This document shows, piece by piece, positions 50,925 through 63,714 of a stretch of DNA of 64,000 nt. This stretch comes from Haliotis rubra. Lineage: Eukaryota. The stretch covers positions 620,001 through 684,000 of the forward strand of contig NW_025767479.1 of NCBI RefSeq assembly GCF_003918875.1. Direction: 5' to 3'. The translations under genes and the position numbers were made by a program. The notes under the pieces are model-generated. The model worked only from the letters and a program-made list of their open reading frames with translations. It did not search any database and was not told where the DNA came from. Position 1 is the first letter of the stretch, and each line of letters starts with the position of its first letter.

Positions 50925-51412
50925 ACTCCAAATAAACTGCATCCTGCATCCCCAAATAATCTGCATCCTGCATCCCCCCAATAAACTGCATCCTGCATCC
51001 CCCCAATAAACTGCATTTCCGCACCTCCAAATAGTCTGCATCCTCAATGAGTAATTACACTGCATCCCCAAAATAAGTTGCATTTCCGCACCTCCAAATA
51101 GTCTGCATCCTCAATGAGTAATTACACTGCATCCCCCCAATAAACTGCATTTCCGCACCTCCAAATAGTCTGCATCCTCAATGAGTAATTACACTGCATC
51201 CCCAAAATAAGTTGCATTTCCGCACCTCCAAATAGTCTGCATCCTCAATGAGTAATTACACTGCATCCCCCCAATAAACTGCATTTCCGCACCTCCAAAT
51301 AGTCTGCATCCTCAATGAGTAATTACACTGCATCCCAAAATAAGTTGCATTTCCGCAACCACCAGATTACCTGCATCCCACACACCCCAAAACATCTGCG
51401 CCTTGCATCCCC
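50925..51412. repeat. CTGCATCC-based minisatellite: short units followed by ~5 copies of a 67-bp unit
   Basis: The 67-bp period is seen at 51012, 51079 and 51146. Variants CCCCCCAATAAAC and CCCCAAAATAAGT alternate, giving a 134-bp dimer. Confidence 0.95.
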
Positions 51413-52216
51413 TAAATATACAGCTTATGACAATGTTGCCATGATAACATGCCGATCCGCAATCAAAGGCAACACGCTACATGTATCTCCGCTCATGATG
51501 TTCCGGCTTTCAGTGGCCTCAACATCTCTCCTCATGATCTTGCTTACATATGCTTCTTCGGCCAAACCTGTTTCTAACTATTTCCTTGATCCGTTGCCAT
51601 GGTAACTCAGGAAACTCCAGCTGTAGCTCATGCGGCACGTGCAAGCTTGATGAGCGAAAAAGTAGAAAATTAGGAATTCCCGTTGCTCGTGTTGACGACA
51701 CGGATATCGCCTGCTCCGAGGGATACCACGGGAATTTGCTTGCTCATTACTTCAGCTTTAAGTGAACCACACGTTTTTGGTCGTATTGTATTCATTGCTG
51801 AGGAATTAATTCTTTACACATCTCTTTCATACGTAACATTTATAAATATCTGTCTTAACTATGTACTTAACAGTACTGAGGGCCCGAATTACCGTTAATT
51901 TGGCAATAAGACGTAAACGGGAAAGGTGACGTAATATACGGGGGATGCCAATGGTAGGTAAGAGGTGGGGAATATAGAGGGGTGGGAATTGGTGTGTGAG
52001 CTGTAGTACGTTCAGGGTGAGTTTATATCTGGCCAAAGTGCTACACTTTCGCCATTTGAGAATACCGTTACTATAGTCCAGGCCTGTAAGTGACTTTCAG
52101 AGGCGTCCGTGTAGAATGAACAGAATGAAGCTTGCAACTTTAGATGAAAAACGAATTTGTGAAAGCCCGGAATAGAAATTACTGAAAGCTTAATAGAATG
52201 TGTACATGTCTCAACC

Positions 52217-52285
52217 TCCACCATCATCATAACCACCACCACTATCATTATCAGCAGCAGCAGAATCACCACCACCACCACCAGC
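52217..52285. repeat. (CAY/CAG)n low-complexity trinucleotide tract
   Basis: Runs of CAC, CAT and CAG. Confidence 0.85.
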
Positions 52286-52702
52286 AAAGGAGACCTATTG
52301 TGCATTTTGTACTTGATTTGTACTCGAATCAGACGACACCATCTCAAATCACGTCCTTATCAAGCACCACCTATTTTAGTGATTTCATAATGTCGTTGGT
52401 TGGCAGACGACAGTGTTTCGAGGCAGAGAGGGCCGGTATCTGTCGCTGCCGTCAGTGTTGACAGTAACACGCAGACATCATCAATGCTACTGTTGCAGCC
52501 GTGAGGCTGTTTCGACGGAGTGAAGCGATTGGGAAGATTGAACCGGATGTCGTTGATGTCTGATCCAGATCGCTCGGTCAAGGTCACGGACGTTAACTCG
52601 CGCTCCGGTCGCCTTACCGTTTCCAACTATTGATCACACACACTGATGATATAGAAGATATTATGCTCAAAAAACGTCAGTCATAATCTACATATCACTC
52701 TG

Positions 52703-52863
52703 AACACATGTCAACCATAATACATGTGTCAATCCTAAAACACAGGTCAAACATAATACATGTGTCAATCCTAAAACACAGGTCAACCATAATACATGTG
52801 TCAATCCTAAAACACAGGTCAACCATAATACATGTGTCAATCCTAAAACACAGGTCAAACATA
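52703..52863. repeat. 36-bp tandem repeat, ~4.4 copies
   Basis: The unit is AACACAGGTCAA(C/A)CATAATACATGTGTCAATCCTAA. Confidence 0.95.
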
Positions 52864-52890
52864 GTATGCGCATCGTCAAGATACATAAAT

Positions 52891-53095
52891 ACCCGAAGAT
52901 ACGGGTTATACTTGGTCTTCAACAATCCACGCTTGTGGTAAAAGGCGACTGACGGTACACATGTCATCGTATCCCAATTGCGTAGATGAATGTTCATGCT
53001 GTTGATCACTGGATTGCTTGGTTCACACTCGATTATTTACAGATCGCCGCCATGCAGCTGGAATTTTGCTGAGTGTGGCATAAAACAACAAACTA
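52891..53095 (+). mobile_element. Family A short retroelement (internal deletion)
   Basis: Starts ACCCG--AAGAT. Imperfect TSD ACATAAAT/ACATATAT. Confidence 0.88.
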
Positions 53096-53565
53096 ACATA
53101 TATGTCATAACCTTGCTCACTTTGATCTGTGTTCTGCGTAATGGAACAGGATATTTTTGGTGCGATAAAAATTAAGTATATTTCATAATGATTAATTATA
53201 CTTAATTTACGTTTATAGAAAAAATACAGTTTTACGTTTCCACATTGTAAATGATGACAGTTGATCAGTACACAGAAATATGACACCCTTCCGATATTTT
53301 GAACGTAATAAATGTGAGGTCAGACTGTGAGCATATTAATTAAATATGTGTGAATTGTTTTCCATATCCAATTCACATATAAATCGTGCACCATGTCAAC
53401 TAGACGGACATGTGTTAGTTATATCTACCGTATCAGTGCACTTGCTCTGGACATTCTCGATTCAAATAATCAGTCCAAACAAATGCCACAGTAATTCATC
53501 ACGACTTCATTGATACAGAACAGTAGTTAGTATATATTTTTTTACGAAAAAACTTTAACAAGTAG

Positions 53566-53707
53566 AATGAGTGAGTATGGTTCAACGCCGCTTTTGACAA
53601 TATTTCATCAATATCACGTCGGCTTTATTTTGCCTCCCCAGATTTGTAATCGAACCCGGTCCTTCGTCGTGATGAACGACCCTTTACCCACTAGGCTATC
53701 ACACCGA
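53566..53707 (-). mobile_element. Family B tRNA-SINE (diverged)
   Basis: On the + strand: GAGTGAGTATGGTT..ACGCCGCTTTTG.CAATATT...ATCGAACCCGG...CCACTAGGCTA. Confidence 0.85.
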
Positions 53708-53720
53708 CACTGTAATAAAT

Positions 53721-53953
53721 ACCCGTGAAGATCCGGCTTAGAATTGATCTTCATTAGCCCATGCTTGTCGTAAGAAGCGCCTAACAGTATCGGGTGGTCA
53801 GGCTCGCTGACTTGATTGACACATGTCATCGTATCCCCGTAGCGTAGATTAATGCTCATGCTGTTGATCACTGGATTGCTTGATCTCGATTATTTACAGA
53901 CCGCTGCCATATAGCTGGTATATTGTTGAGTGCGGCGTAAAACTAAACTCACT
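53721..53953 (+). mobile_element. Family A short retroelement, full length
   Basis: Perfect 13-bp TSD CACTGTAATAAAT (53708-53720, 53954-53966). The element starts exactly at ACCCGTGAAGATCC and has an (ACTC)n tail. Confidence 0.95.
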
Positions 53954-54987
53954 CACTGTAATAAATGGAAGTATTAATGAAGCTGACGTGACGTTCCAGA
54001 CTATGATTTGTGCGCCATTCACTCTTGAATCATTCGATCGCTGCAGTTAATGTCCTTAACTCGATATAACAGTGTCTGGTTAATACGCCCCCTCATTAAG
54101 GATAATAATTTGTGAACATGTTTCCATTCCAAAATAGGAATTCCATATAAAGAACCAGGTGGTCGATGCGTTGTCCTACCTACGTCTGAAGAACCGCTGA
54201 TATTGTTCAGGACAGGAGTGACCAGTCCACGTGGACAGCGAGTCGGTCCGCCATGTGCAATGTGCATTAGTGGTCAAGACCCGGCCAAGGTGGAATCTAC
54301 TTTATCCCATGGCTAGGTTCAGGACTTGAAGCCAGTCTTCAAGGATTAATAGCATTAGTGAAGTGAGGACTTGCACACTTGGATCCTAGTTTTATTTCCT
54401 TCTCCCGTGAGAAGGATAAACCCCACCAAAGTATTAAATAATCCCTCTGCTGACCACTACATGCGCGGGAGATTGGGTCGACAGGGGACGTGCCTAGGGT
54501 TAGAAACTATCGGTCAAGAAATGGACACGCGATGCTATCCCATGTTGAGATGTTTGGGCAGTTTGGGTCAATAGTCATTTATGTCTGCGAGTTGGCAGCT
54601 GGACTGCTTTCATTCACTGACCATGCAGGTGGAGATAGTCGACAAAAGACGGTTCAGGGACGTCAGACTGACCAGCTGTCGGTTCCAGCCAGTTTGATTC
54701 GAGTACCGGTTGTTCACTACCCACTTTGTTTGTCTGTAAACAATGATTTATTATGTATATCTGTCTAGCAATTGGTGATTACCCTAATTACAACGACAAT
54801 ATCACAACCGATCAGTCAGTAATCACACTGTCAACGGACATGCTTTATTGCACCATGGGGCAAGGTTCCCCTTTAAGTAGTCAGTAAACACGTATTCCCT
54901 TCTTTAATGCATCTAGGCCACCTCGCCTTCCTGGTACACCTTCTGACGATTGAATCCGAGTAAAAAGCTGACAAAGCAATTTGACCA

Positions 54988-55142
54988 GTGAGTGATATTT
55001 TATGCCATTTATCAATATTCCAGCAGCAGTATTCGGAGCATACTATAGAATTTGACTGCAATAATGTTCCCATGTTGGGAATCGAAGCCGTTCTTCCCTG
55101 TGATGACTGAACTATTTAACAGCTAGAAACCCCTACCGCCCT
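54988..55142 (-). mobile_element. Degenerate family B SINE
   Basis: GTGAGTGA...CAATATTCCAGCA...CCCATGTTGGGAATCGAA...TTTAAC..CTAG...CCCTACCGCCC. Confidence 0.7.
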
Positions 55143-56551
55143 ATATCTTGGGGAAAGAGGCAATGTAACGTATATTTACAAAAACTGGTAAGCAGCGACA
55201 TTACAACAATAGCAAATGCATTTAATACTTATCAACACGTAACAGTTGATAGCGGGGATGCCCTCCTTAGATGTCAGAAAGAGAACATGACGCTGTAACG
55301 TTGCTGTGAGATTTAACGTCACATTTATGTGACATTCTGACTGCCCGCTGAATAAGATCAATAAGCAAATTAACTGTTGTAACTGCCTATAAAATACTAT
55401 TCGAACTGACCAGTTCGATTCCCGCATTACCAAAAGTCGCGACGGAAATAATTCCCTGCAAAGAAATTATGGGCTATTGTTCAGTATGTTAATGCAAATT
55501 AAAAAATTGTATCAAATTAAAAAAAACCCACAGAATCAGTGGTAGCACTCAGTGTTTATCATTTAAATTTCTAGCAAAAGTTATAAAAAATCACGCTGAC
55601 TATTTTGCCAGTCAACCAATGGGAGGTCATGAAAGCGATTTCTCTCAATTGATCTCACACTAACGATTACCCCAAGGAGGGCCTGTACTGGATGATATAA
55701 TAAGGTTTGTATCGCTTATAACAATTTAGCATCACAAAATGGACAATATTCAGGTATGAAGATACAGTTTTAATCCTGTACATTAAGAGGTATATATTTT
55801 TCTCTCCGGGACACATGCCATATGTTGTGAGGTGCAAATGGCTTTACATTCAGATGAGTATATGTTTCTCATGCCAAATTAAACATTAATCAACGTCAAT
55901 GCATATCACATGTCATATTGACAGGCCTTGTCTTCTCCGAGGTCCGCGCGTTGTAATCAATGCACGTCTGTATCGCCGCCATTGTTCAGATTACCACTGT
56001 CAGCTCTTACGGTTTGTAATATCTACCTGTCGTTGTTTGCTGCCCGTCAGATCGATACGATATTTGTATAGTACGGAACAATACTTAGGCTAGTCCTACC
56101 TTTAGTTCAACCGCAATCGATGGCTTTGGTTACAGGATATAGTGGCGACGAAGGCAGGCCTAGTGTCTACAGTCACTCTAGTCGACCCTTTCATAATAAG
56201 CGAGGCGTGTGATATTACCAATCTACGTTTCCTCTGTGGAATCGGCCAATAGAAAGATTCCTGGTGAGGATACCCTTTCATCGAGGATGTTAGAGGTGCT
56301 ATTAACACATCGGGGAACAAATTACTTATACAAACAATATCCAATTTACCAATAAAGGACTGTTTGTAAATGGGTTTTGCGTTGATGCACTGAAGGCTAG
56401 ATTATATAGGAGCTAACGAGGTAGCTACGGGGAACAAGCTGATGAGGTAGTCATGCTTCACAGTAATAGGTAACTGACATTTGAAATTTGACGTGAAGAT
56501 GAGAGTTTGAAGATTTATCTTGTTAGGTTATTTTATTTAGTGCGCTGAATG

Positions 56552-56582
56552 GTGTGTGTGTGTGTGTTGTGCGCGCGCGCGC
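56552..56582. repeat. (TG)n-(CG)n alternating purine-pyrimidine tract
   Basis: GTGTGTGTGTGTGTGTTGTGCGCGCGCGCGC. Confidence 0.9.
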
Positions 56583-58624
56583 ATGTGGAGGGGGGATACT
56601 TTGATAGGGGTTTCTTGGCTTGTGTGTTGAGTCCGATGACTCTGATTATTGCAGATGTGGAAGTTGAAATAACGCCTCACGTATCACCTGCCTTGAGCAC
56701 CACTAACACACATATACACCAGAGCTTCAAAATCGCTGAGTCGTGAGGATCTTTTGAAATTTCATCGTCTCTAAACTGGCAAGTTATGTTAGGAATCCAC
56801 CATTTTTTATGAGGACTCCGATAGCAAGGGGTAATGTTAACGAGAGAACAGACGCATCTCGGCGAGCGTATGGATTTGTTGAATGAGTGTGTTACTATAT
56901 CGACTGCTGACACATTGGGGCTCAGCGATTGGTCAACAGACAAAACTGCTGGACAGTCAAGTCAATTCAGAATATACCAACGGCCTACAGAAAGGAATTG
57001 TTTATGTGTGACCTATTTTGAGGCTGCTTGTTGATGTTGTTACCGGCATTTGCTTCGTAAAACACTGTCCCATCCCTAAACCTTTGAAGTCCCTTAAGTG
57101 GAAAGTGATTGTACAAGCCAGTTGGATCACAAAAGCAGACTGTTTTCAAACTCTCTGACCATCTTGAGCCGAGTGTCCTCAAACACTGAGACTGTGCTGT
57201 TTTAACCGCATTGACCTAATTTCCTGCACGTTTTACACTTGCAAGCAGACGACTTCCGCTCCACGAACATTGACCTCTGTTCGACCTTGACAATGGCATC
57301 AGGTGCAGACGACACATCTTCTTAAGGTCATACATTAGCTTTAGCAAAATTAAAGTTTATTATCATCCGTTCGGACTATTTGAGACTGATAAAGGCAATT
57401 TCAAATCAATGTCGTCAACCCGACACGAGAAATCATCTCGTCTCACAGCCATGGCGGTTTGCACCGAGCGTGCTATTATACATCATTTTACTCTTATTGA
57501 TCCGCGAGTGAAAACAGTCTCATGTAAACAATCCTCCGCTCTCAAGCCTCAAGCTAAACCCGGCGGCTTCTCTCCCTCAAAACACAATGTAGTCAAATTT
57601 CAGGTCCTTTTACTACGCCAAATGACCTACCCTGAGTAAATTCGATTCCATTATCATACTATGGGGTAATTTCAACATGGGATGCTCACGGTGCTCTTTG
57701 GATAGTAGACTCAATCTTAAATCAAGTTTGGAACACGAGCTGTTGTCAACAGGTCTTCGAGGGACAGGTGACCTTCAATCTGTTATCTTCAAGGTCACAC
57801 TAGCCGCATGTCGCTACTCTGCCAGCTCATCAGAACTTCGTGTCGAGAGAAGGAAAACATTCAAGGTTATCCACTTTAGTGGAGGACTTCAGACACGTTT
57901 GACAAGTGCAGAATAAACAGTCGGTAAAACGTGTGTATTGCAGTAATAACAAGACAGGCTAACGATTCCAGGACCATGATTATTGCTCGCTAAGTGTGTT
58001 CGTTGAACGTCAGCTCAACGCGAAAAATACTCACATATAACGCGAAAAATATTACAACACGCAGCGTGAATCGTGAATCGTCAAACAACAGTAAATCATT
58101 GACGACAGTATAGTTGTGTCCTATGAAATTATGAACTGCCTTGTATTTACCGGAGAAGATTTGTGTCAAAGTAGCTGCTGGAGACATGCCGTTGCCTAGT
58201 TGCCTGTGTTATGTATTTACAGATTGTAAGTGAGATAGTATCAGACACACAGCGTGTTCTCCTCTGTAACATTCCTTGACAATGTGAACTGTTGGGTTTA
58301 GGGAGGATCAGATATGACGGGACGGTGTTCAGTGTCGGCGGCGTCGTGCAAGGCTACCACCACAGCCATACGCCCCACTGTTAATACTGACTGATTAGAT
58401 CTTTTATTTGTCTTGTACTCTTCAATCCCAGTGGTGTGTATATTGTTCTGGTACCTATGTAAACGGCGTTTTCAGATTCGGTTTCATTTGTATCCAACAT
58501 TGTAGGTTGAATATGGTTTTGTACACTCACCTGACATCCAAACGTAGATATACGTATGCTGGAACGTAGACTGTCGTTGTTTATACTTTATGTTGAGGGG
58601 AAACGGACCAGAAGACATCTCTGT

Positions 58625-58790
58625 GTATGGTTGTTGTTTGAGGCATTACTCGGCTTTACTCGGCATTACTCGGCTTTACTCCAGCTATATGATGGCTGTC
58701 TGTGAATGTCGTGTTTATCCAGACATCCAAATGACTGACGTCATGAGCCACGATGCCATTCATCAAGCCAACTTGCTGGGGCCTGTTTTA
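58625..58790 (-). mobile_element. Decayed family A-like fragment with a local 20-bp duplication
   Basis: GTTGTTGTTT...ACTCCAGCTATATG..GGC.GTCTGT.AAT...TCCAGACA.TCCA; GGCATTACTCGGCTTTACTC occurs twice. Confidence 0.5.
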
Positions 58791-60470
58791 ACCTAGTACC
58801 CCCACTGGTCTGTCCTGTTTTCAGCTCCCACGATATATAATATAGATAGAGACAGAAGGAAGTCAAAGAAACAATACCTGTAGCTTTAATACGATCGACG
58901 AACACCCTACATACATCGCCTGTAATGAGTTCGAGGAAGTGATATCTGTCGTCCTCAGTCTTCTGTTAGTGAGACGATTGTAAACTGGCATGGCAAAAAA
59001 CGTTAAAGATGCTAAAGAGCGGTGCCAACCAATTGACAGAGTTTCTGTTGGACGTGCTTCTAGGTTCCAAGTCAGTTATTGTTAAAAATCATGGTTTGTT
59101 TTTGTGTTCAAACTCGTCAAGTTCTGCTGCCAACACAGCGATACAAACCCAGTTACAAACGTGAATTCCCTTTGCTAACATGCCAAACGTAAATACACAT
59201 ATCGTAATCTATATACGTCCTGTTCATATATGCTATACATTAAATATATATTTCGTCAGCTTCAATTCATACGCTGAGCAAAGCAGTTTTAGAGTCTGAC
59301 TAAAACTGCATGAAACAGAGGTGCAGTTGTTGAATACAGTACTCTTATCTTCCGGTACAGCTATGTGTTACACACAATCATCGAACTACCATCAGTCATA
59401 CACGTTAAAGAATAACACCCTCTTGCAATAAACCATCTTGCTTGGCGGGTTATGAACGGAGGGGAGATATTCTTGGCTCACTTGTTCCCCGTGCATGTCC
59501 GTGATAAACCATCCCCGGAGACACCCAGGAGGATTTGCCGATGCCCGATAAGCTGCAACTGCGTATTCTTACTATGTCAAACTTAACATTTCCCCGTCAT
59601 CCCGCACTGGTCTTCACTGCAAGCAATTTATGCATGTATCATATCCAGGAATCTACGAGGTCGCGCAGTTATGCGGACTCCGACAACGCCGGCTTTCTGC
59701 TTCAAAGACGTTGTTGTTGGATCTTTGCCACCTTGCTAGATCTGTCCGTGAACACGATGTCTAAGAATAATATTTGTTTCACGATTTGAAGCTAGATCTT
59801 TGAGATTAGCAGTTAAAATATCACGCGTTGTCAGTTTAAAATATACGTTTACTATCAATTTAGATGTAACGTTATTTTCTACTGTTGTAATGCAGGAGTA
59901 CCGTTTTCATGATGGTGTTTCTTAAAGGCGGGTTTAAGGAATCTGCTGAAGTTGTTCTAGATTTTATGTCCGATAAAACAGCAAGTTATTTAAACTCTTT
60001 ACTCAGACTACCAATAGGAAACAAATACACAACAAATACATCATACATTGATGTCACAATACATAGATTGCATTCAAGAAAATATTCGACATTCACTGGA
60101 ACATCAGATCATTCATGAAATAGACAGTGACATAAGCGCATCATTGATTGTTTCAGAACTTAATCAATACATAACAGTAAAACATTTCACTTGTATTAGC
60201 TATGAATGTAGGTAGTGAAAATGTTAGCATGGATATTGATTGACCATTCAAATGTCTGCACTTGTATATGGTATCTATATACAGTAGTGGTGTGAACGTC
60301 GATTGTTATATTTATATCTATACTGATATAACTTCGACATATCCATATCTCGGTGCTACAACATCTACTCGACGATTTAAATAACCCCCATTCAATTTAA
60401 ACACTATCAGCAAGAGAAATTTATTTTTCGAAGTACGAAATATAGTCATTGTAATGCTACTTCCTGTACG

Positions 60471-60634
60471 TGTGCGATGGGGTAGCCTAGTGGTTAAAGC
60501 GTCTGCTCGTCACGCTGATTACCCAGGTTCGATTCCCCACATGCGTACAATGTGTGAAACCCATTTCTGGTGTCCCCCGCCGTGATATTGCTGGAATATT
60601 GCTAAAAGCGGCGTAAAACTAAACTCACTCACTC
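60471..60634 (+). mobile_element. Family B tRNA-SINE, full length
   Basis: Perfect 12-bp TSD ACTTCCTGTACG (60459-60470, 60635-60646). Confidence 0.95.
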
Positions 60635-60923
60635 ACTTCCTGTACGAAGCCGTGGTTAGGAAGGTGTGGAGGGTATTTAACATAACGGTATGGATATATA
60701 CTGGACAAAAATAGTTAGGGATGTATGTAAATTTGGAAATTATGAATAATGATCTATTTATTCATTGACACACTGATAAAATATCAATCATAAAAACACC
60801 AATATCCCTAACTTATTTTGTCCAGGATATTATGTCCTGAATATTGTGTACACGTGCTGATGTATTTCTTGTGTATTGACTGTGTATGTGCTGGAGATTC
60901 ATGTTTACCTGTCTTTGTTGAAG

Positions 60924-61725
60924 GCACCTATCAAGGCCAGTGGTTACGGGGAACGCGTCACGGGTACGGCGTACGTCAGAGTGTTCCCTATGGATTAGCC
61001 TCCCATTACCGCCCTAACGCACTCCGCGCCTCCCTCACCTCTCTCCGGAGCGAAAACGAGGATGAGCAAGTGGTCAAGAACAGGGACCGGAAGTTGGACG
61101 AAAGTCGGGGCGGGTTTGTTCTCAAAGCCAAGAGCGATGAGACCCCGCCTCAGCGCCGGAAGTCCATCTTCGACAAACAGGGGCGGTCGAGTTTACGGAA
61201 AACGCTTATGTCCGGGCTGAAGTTGAAGAAGCAGAAAAGCACTGGGGACATAAACGACTCGCCAAAACGTCAGACAGGTTCTGTTAGAAGTACGATCAGC
61301 AACATTAGTCACGTGAGCGCCGACTCTACCCAGTCGGGCATGACGAATACTTCCATGTACACAGACAGCAACTTGAGTTTTGTGAGCCAGGACGACATTA
61401 CCGATGTGAACGTCACGGAGATGTACATGGGAGAGTGGAAAAACGACAAGCGATCTGGATTCGGGATTAGTGAACGATCAGACGGGTTGAAATACGAGGG
61501 TGAATGGTATAACAACAAAAAATATGGATACGGTGTTACTACGTTCAAGGATAATACCAAGGAGGAGGGAAAATATAAAAACAATGTTTTGATATCTTCG
61601 GGAAAGAAAAATAAATTATTCTTGATACGGACCTCCAAATTACGAGAGCGTGTGGATAATGCAGTGTTATCCTCTCAGAGGGCGGCACAGATTGCCCTTC
61701 AGAAGGCTGACATTGCCATTACAAG
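60924..61725 (+). CDS. JPH: Junctophilin, second coding exon (MORN, joining region, last two MORN repeats, start of helical domain); gene continues beyond window
   Basis: The acceptor CTGTCTTTGTTGAAG ends at 60923. The exon reads TYQGQWLRGTRHGYGVRQSVPYG, RGGFVL, YMGEWKNDKRSGFGISERSDGLKYEGEW..NKKYGYG and AAQIALQKADIAITR. The donor AG|GTAAGT is at 61725/61726. Confidence 0.96.
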
Positions 61726-61927
61726 GTAAGTCATCTTTACTTCTCTCACTCTTTTCAGCTTTACGAACAATATGCCATGACACTTACGAAGTATTGTTAA
61801 GGTTTATTATTCCACATTCAAATTCCGTAATCGACGGGCAACTTCAGGTTGCCTGAAAGATGTGCATATGTCCCGTGTTAATGGTACAGAAAGGGTGATG
61901 GTGCCTTGGAGGACCAGGTCCTCTTAC

Positions 61928-61992
61928 CACAAAGCGGTCCGGCGTTAAGGTGTTGGAATTATGGCCATCTTAGTGCAAAGGTCGCTTTGATT
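61928..61992. repeat. Degenerate palindrome related to the 29000-29108 MITE
   Basis: CAAAGCG...GCGTTAAGGTG / CATCTTAGTGC...CGCTTTG. Confidence 0.4.
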
Positions 61993-62534
61993 ACAAACAA
62001 CATCATAAGCGTAATACTGATGAAACAAATATCTGCTCATGATATAGTCACAATTGTACATTCGACTCTGCTTTTGGCCGAGATTTCTTATGAATGTGGA
62101 AAGGGTTTTGTCGCTACTATGTACGTAAGAGACAGTAAGTAGTTTCTAGGCAGGTTTAGTTATGAAACTGTTACCTTTGAAAACAAATTTGTAAATACTT
62201 CAAATACCTTCACCTTGGGCCCTCATTCATGACATAACGAAAGTCCCACTGGTGACATCCCGTGTATTCCCGGTGTAAGCCGGATGACGTCTTGGAGTTG
62301 TGGAAGCATGACAGTGGTTGGGAGTGCAGTATGGTTGCCGAAGGTCGGAGTCGGCCACGATCTGTTCACCGATACTGGCCAAGTAAATGATCAATTTTAA
62401 AAACGACCAAGGCTGTGATTATGTGTGTTATGTTCTTAATTATCTGAGATGTATTCATATCGTCGATGCTTCTGTGAGAGAGATCTCAGCCCCATCATAC
62501 CATGGTAGGTTTCCGTTGAACATATAGTACAGCT

Positions 62535-62779
62535 GGGGACTCAGTCGGCGAGAGCGCTGTTATGGGTTCGCACGCCAGAAACCAAGGCGATAGGTTCGAA
62601 TCCCGGTTCGTCCTGATTATGTTACTGGTTTGTGAGCACCATACATCTGCTCGTTTATTTCACTAAAGCGCTAAACGTTTGACACCTGCATCACATTGGG
62701 CTTCCCTCCCACATTAAGCTGACGCGTAGTGATACGAATGGAATACTGTCAAAAGCGGCGTCGAACTCACCCACTCACT
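62535..62779 (+). mobile_element. Family D: old tRNA-headed SINE with a different body but the shared tail
   Basis: CTCAGTCGG..AGAGCG and GGTTCGAATCCCGG boxes; the tail is GGAATACTG.CAAAAGCGGCGT..AACTCACCCACTCAC. Confidence 0.6.
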
Positions 62780-62874
62780 TCATTATGACACAGCTATCAA
62801 TCGTCATAGAACCCAGCTTTGTTCTCGCAGATTACCATTCTCCTTTAACTGTAGGTTTTAACTATGGTCAAATA

Positions 62875-63006
62875 TAAAAGTACTATTGTAAGGTTTTAAG
62901 GACCTCCAGATTCTTTCATGTATCTATAGTTATGTCAGGACGGATTTACTAGAGTAATATGACAGACCTAGTGGTCCTTAAAGTTTTACAGTAGAATAGT
63001 TTTATG
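62875..63006. mobile_element. Decayed small MITE-like inverted repeat
   Basis: CTATTGTAAGGTTTTAAGGACC versus GGTCCTTAAAGTTTTACAGTAG. Confidence 0.45.
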
Positions 63007-63019
63007 ATCTGTTGCATGT

Positions 63020-63171
63020 CGGTGGTGGGGTAGCCTCGTGGTTAAAGCGTTCGCTAGTCACGCTGAAGACACGGGTTCGATTCCCCACATAGGCACAATG
63101 TGTAAAGCCTATTTCCGGTGACCCCCGCCGTGATATTACTGGAAATTGCTAAAATTGGTCACTCACTCACC
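63020..63171 (+). mobile_element. Family B tRNA-SINE
   Basis: A and B boxes and the family B body. TSD CTGTTGCATGT/CTGCTGCATGT. Confidence 0.92.
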
Positions 63172-63269
63172 CTGCTGCATGTGAGCTTCCATTATTTCAA
63201 ATGCCCCGATTCAATCGTTTCTCCCAAGATGCCACATACCCGACTCTGATGACCAATCTCGATGACGTG

Positions 63270-63418
63270 GTTTATACGTGCCATCGTATCCCAGTAGCGG
63301 AGATCGATGTTCATGACATCTGTCACTGGATTGTCCGGTCCAGACTCGATTATTTCCAGACCACCGTGTTATAACTCGAATATTACTGAGTGAGGCACAC
63401 AAACACTCACTCACTCAC
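63270..63418 (+). mobile_element. Family A 3' portion
   Basis: CATCGTATCCCAGTAGCG.AGATCGATG...CACTGGATTGTC.GGTCCAGACTCGATTATTT plus (ACTC)n. Confidence 0.85.
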
Positions 63419-63678
63419 AAATAAAACATTGCGTGAGAGACTAAATGTATTATTATGGCGAGTTGTGAAGACATTTATCATTGATAACAATTACAGGTAT
63501 TGTGGTAGATGCATGTCCTGTTTGTTCTCATGATTCGTGTAAAATTACAGAGAAATCTTTTTTTACCGAGAAAATAAGCCGCTATTGGACCGGTCCGTTT
63601 CCTTTAAACATTCATTTGCCGTGGCGTCAGTGGAGACATACATCCGGGACTTCAGTTGACTATCACGTGCTGGGCCTT

Positions 63679-63714
63679 GGTCACCCTGAACGGTCACCCT
63701 GAACGGTCACCCTG
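63679..63714. repeat. Short tandem repeat (GGTCACCCTGAAC) x2.7
   Basis: Directly visible in the sequence. Confidence 0.85.

Noticed and set aside
52405-52455. Minus-strand CTGACGG...CTCGAAACACTGTC hammerhead-like string
   Set aside because: The core deviates from CUGANGA and stem I cannot form.
52198-52461. His/Gln-rich ORF
   Set aside because: It is a trinucleotide low-complexity tract with no convincing splice context or domain.
16979-57798. Recurring TGACCTTG/CAAGGTCA nuclear-receptor half-sites
   Set aside because: The motif is short, not clearly clustered and common in repeat debris. Enrichment cannot be established without a background model.
60818-60923. N-terminal 35 aa of the 303-aa ORF
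   Set aside because: This is intronic read-through. Junctophilin homology begins at the acceptor 60923/60924.
60471-63171. SINE-driven circularisation of junctophilin exon 2
   Set aside because: The nearest flanking family B copies are in the same orientation, and the closest inverted partner (54988) is old and distant.
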